Both the position numbers and the translations under genes were made by a program. Under the pieces are notes generated by a model. That model was not told the origin of the DNA. It did no database searches and saw only the letters and a program-made list of their open reading frames with translations. This document shows, piece by piece, positions 60,195 to 64,000 of a DNA stretch of 64,000 bases; the stretch's first letter is position 1, and every line of letters begins with the position of its first letter. This stretch comes from the human T2T-CHM13v2.0 reference genome, Homo sapiens. The stretch is taken from NCBI RefSeq assembly GCF_009914755.1, contig NC_060947.1. One strand, given 5' to 3'.

Positions 60195-61735
60195 GAGATG
60201 AGGAAAAAAGCAAACTGAGCCACAGAGTAATCGAGATGAGTTGCAGCCAATGGAAATCCAAACCAAGTTTTGCAGTTTAGCACAATAATACAAACTTTGT
60301 AAACCATACAGTCATCATGAAAGAACAGAAATAAAAATAGAGCCACAAGCTCTCTTCACAAAGAGAGTAGTCAGCAATGAGAGAGCTAGGGCTGTGATGG
60401 GTGGTTGTGTTTTTCACCTTAACTTAGCAGAAGATTGTTCGTTCAAACACCAGTATCAGAAGTCTAGGCATGTGGAATTGCCTTGTGTGGACTTTCTCTA
60501 AGCTTTTACACACCACCCATATCTCAACCTTATTTTCAAAGAAAATGCAATTTTCTAAGTTCGTCTCAGAAAGTGGGACTGACTTTGCACTAAAGGTCAG
60601 GCTGAAAGTCATCCTGGAAATGTGTCTAACTTTCACACCTACCTTAAGTGCAAGTAGAAATTTTACAAACCCATGAAGTGAAAACCCAGAGAGGGTTTTA
60701 GGAAGACCCTTTAAATGTTTATGAGCTCTCCAGAAGAAGCATGAATGCACCTGTATCGCTGTGGTGCTCCCATGTAGTGAATGCAGTTAGGAAAACTGAT
60801 TATGGAGAAGGACAGTATGATGCCTTTTATTTCATAAATTGAACCTTGACCAATGCTTGAGGTGAATAGGATTTAAGACTTCAGGCTTCCGAAGATGGAA
60901 CAGTGATCAATCACTCACCATCATCTTGCTGGCCCTTTTAAAGGTGGCAAGTACATGGTTCTATCAGATTGGTTGCCTTGCCTAAGCTGATAGATCAATT
61001 AAGTCATACAGCCAACAAGTTTGACAGATTCTTTTCAGTTTACTGACAATCGATTGGTTATTTTGGTATCAAGTAGATTCAGCCTCAGTATCTTCAGGGA
61101 ATCTTTCTAGTGGGCACTTTGTAGAGAAAATATTTTGTTATAGTCAGAAAATATATTTTTAGGGGATTGATGGCTGCTGTTTATTTGAGAGGCTTGGGAA
61201 CTTCAAATTGTATTCAAAGCAGGGCTCCCCATTTTCAACATGATCTTGGGTGAGTACTATAACCTCTGAGTGTCCTTATTTTATGCATTTACAGAATATG
61301 AAATCAAATAAACACTTTAATAAAATATCAAGTTGTATTTTTTCAGTCTCTGCTTCATCTCTATATCAGTTCAAGCATCAAATACTCAATATGATCACTT
61401 CTAAGTCAGGCAATAGTCTCCTGGGATAATACTACTAGAGTGACTTGTGGTTAGTGTAAAAGGGATCTTATGATAGTTCACACAAACAGGCTGAAAGCTA
61501 GCCTATTTGTGGGTACAGTCTTCTGACTTAGATATGAATATGTTGCCTCCTTATGTTCTTTATGAAGACACAGAGCAGAATCATTAATAATTCCTTATGG
61601 CCTATTGGAAAAACTGGAAAGAGAGAATATTGGAGTATTATCATCTAGTTCTCTGAAAAAGTAGTAGACCATATTTATTTCTCACTGCCTAAAATGTAGT
61701 CAAATCTACCTCTCTCCTTTCAGACTATGTTTCTG

Positions 61736-62410
<675 letters not shown>

Positions 62411-62514
62411 ATCTGTGAAATGAAGAAAATAACATGTATAACAGTATTTCATCTTACCAACAATGTACATCATTTATTACTAAGTAATGTAAACATCTTT
62501 AAAATAATATTTCA

Positions 62515-63145
62515 CTCTATCCTACCCAAAGTGAACTACAGATTCAACGCAATCCCTGTCAAGATCTCAATGACATTTTTTACAGAAAAAAATCTAAAAT
62601 GTATATAGAATGTCAGGGGTCCCTGAATTGCCAAAACATTCTTGAAAAATAACAAATTAGGAGGTCTCACACTTCCTGATTTCAAAATATATTGCAAAGT
62701 GACAGTAATCAAAACAATGTGGTACTGGCATAAAGACAGACACATAGACTAATAGAACAGAAGAGACAGCCAAGAAATAAACCCACTCATATGTGGTCAA
62801 TTAATCCTTGACAGAGGTGCTAAGACCACACAATGGGGAAAAGACAGTCTCTTCAACAAATGGTATTAAGAAAATTATATATGCACATGAAAAGAATGAA
62901 GTTGAGCCCTTTACTTATACCACATACAAAAACTAAATCAAAATGGATTAAAGACCTAAATATAAGATCCAAAACTGTAAAACTTAGAAAAAAAAACAGG
63001 AGAAAACTTCCTGACATTGGGTTTGGCAATAATTTATTGGACATGACACAAAATGCCCAGACAATAAAAGCAAAAATAAACAAATGAGACTACACCAAAC
63101 TTTAAAATTTCTATACATCAAAAAAAAAAAAAAAAACCCAAAGGA
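62515..63145 (+). mobile_element. L1MB-like ORF2 fragment
   Basis: ILPKVNYRFNAIPVKI, 'gtggtactggcataaagacagacacatagac', KWIKDLNIR. Confidence 0.85.
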
Positions 63146-63735
63146 TGAAAAAGAAGAGAAAGAGGGAATCATCCCTAAATCATTCTATGAAGACAGTATC
63201 ACCCTAATACCAAAACCAGGAAAGGACATAAAAAAAAACTACAGACCAATATCTGTGATGAACATAGATGCAAAAATCTTCAAGAAAATACTAGCTAACT
63301 GAATCCAACAGCATATCAAGAAGAAAATCCACCATGGTCAAGTGTGTTCACACCAGGGATGCAGGGATGGTTTAGATAAATAAGTCAATAAATCTGATAC
63401 ACCACATAAACAGAATTAAAAACAAAAATCACACGATCATTTCAATAGACAGAGAAAAAGCATATGAGAAAATCCAGCATCCCTTTACGATTCAAGCTCT
63501 CAGCAAATTCAGCATAGAAGGGACATACCTTAGGTAATAAAAGCTATCTATGACAAACCCACAGCCAACATTATACCGAATGGGGAAATGTGAAAGCATT
63601 CTCCCTGAAAACTGCAACAAGACAAGGATGCCCATTTTCACCACTTCTATTCAACCTAGTACTGGAAGTCCTACCAGAGCAATCAGAAAAGAGAAATAAA
63701 TAAAGGGCATCCAAATCAGTAAAGCAGAAGTTGAT
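63146..63735 (+). mobile_element. L1PB-like ORF2 (RT region) fragment
   Basis: [38 protein letters not shown] and 'acaagacaaggatgccca'. Confidence 0.85.
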
Positions 63736-64000
63736 CAATGTTCCATTGATATATATGCTGGTTTTTATACCAGTACCATGCTGTTTTGATGACTATGGCC
63801 TTATAGTATACTTTGAAGTCAGGTAATGTAATGCTTGCAGATCTGTTCAGTTTGCTGACTCTTGCTTTGGCTATGAAGGCTCTTTTTTGGTTCCATACAT
63901 ATTTTGTGATTTTTTTTTTTTTTAGTTCTGTGAAGAATGATGGTGGTATTTTGATGGGAATTGGACTGAATTTGTAAATTGCTTTTGGCAGTATGGTCAT
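63736..64000 (-). mobile_element. L1PB-like ORF2 fragment in inverted orientation, running off the window
   Basis: ORF 63716-64000 [26 protein letters not shown]...KTAWYWYKN. Confidence 0.85.

Noticed and set aside
60424-60750. 108-aa minus-strand ORF in unique sequence
   Set aside because: Non-ATG start, no recognisable homology or convincing splice boundaries, and a length expected by chance in 64 kb.

Overview
This is AT-rich, CpG-poor primate DNA (AluY/AluS and L1PA elements point to human or another catarrhine), either deep intron or intergenic. I can support no host protein-coding exon. The long ORFs in the track are broken LINE-1 ORF1/ORF2/ORF0 or Alu-derived frames. Contents: one full-length but dead L1PA (52341-58344, minus strand, perfect 17-bp TSD); several truncated L1PA/PB/MA/MB/MC pieces; eight Alu dimers plus FLAM and FAM monomers; L2 and MIR relics; MaLR and MER4-group LTRs; DNA-transposon fossils (MER75, MADE1, MER44, MER47, MER33, MER5, Zaphod-like); and microsatellites. 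The most notable observations are a tailless 5'-half tRNA-Glu(CTC) retrocopy flanked by direct repeats, an open L1 ORF0 facing a candidate downstream exon, a 17-bp triplication in the ZNF93-bound segment of the L1 5'UTR, a recursive-splice-like YnCAG|GTAAGT site, a tandem NRF2/AP-1 motif, a 57-bp tandem duplication and an L1 with an atypical inversion junction. I found no convincing evidence of a wholly new biological system. Subfamily names come from remembered consensus sequences and need RepeatMasker/Dfam confirmation, and boundaries of old repeats are approximate.
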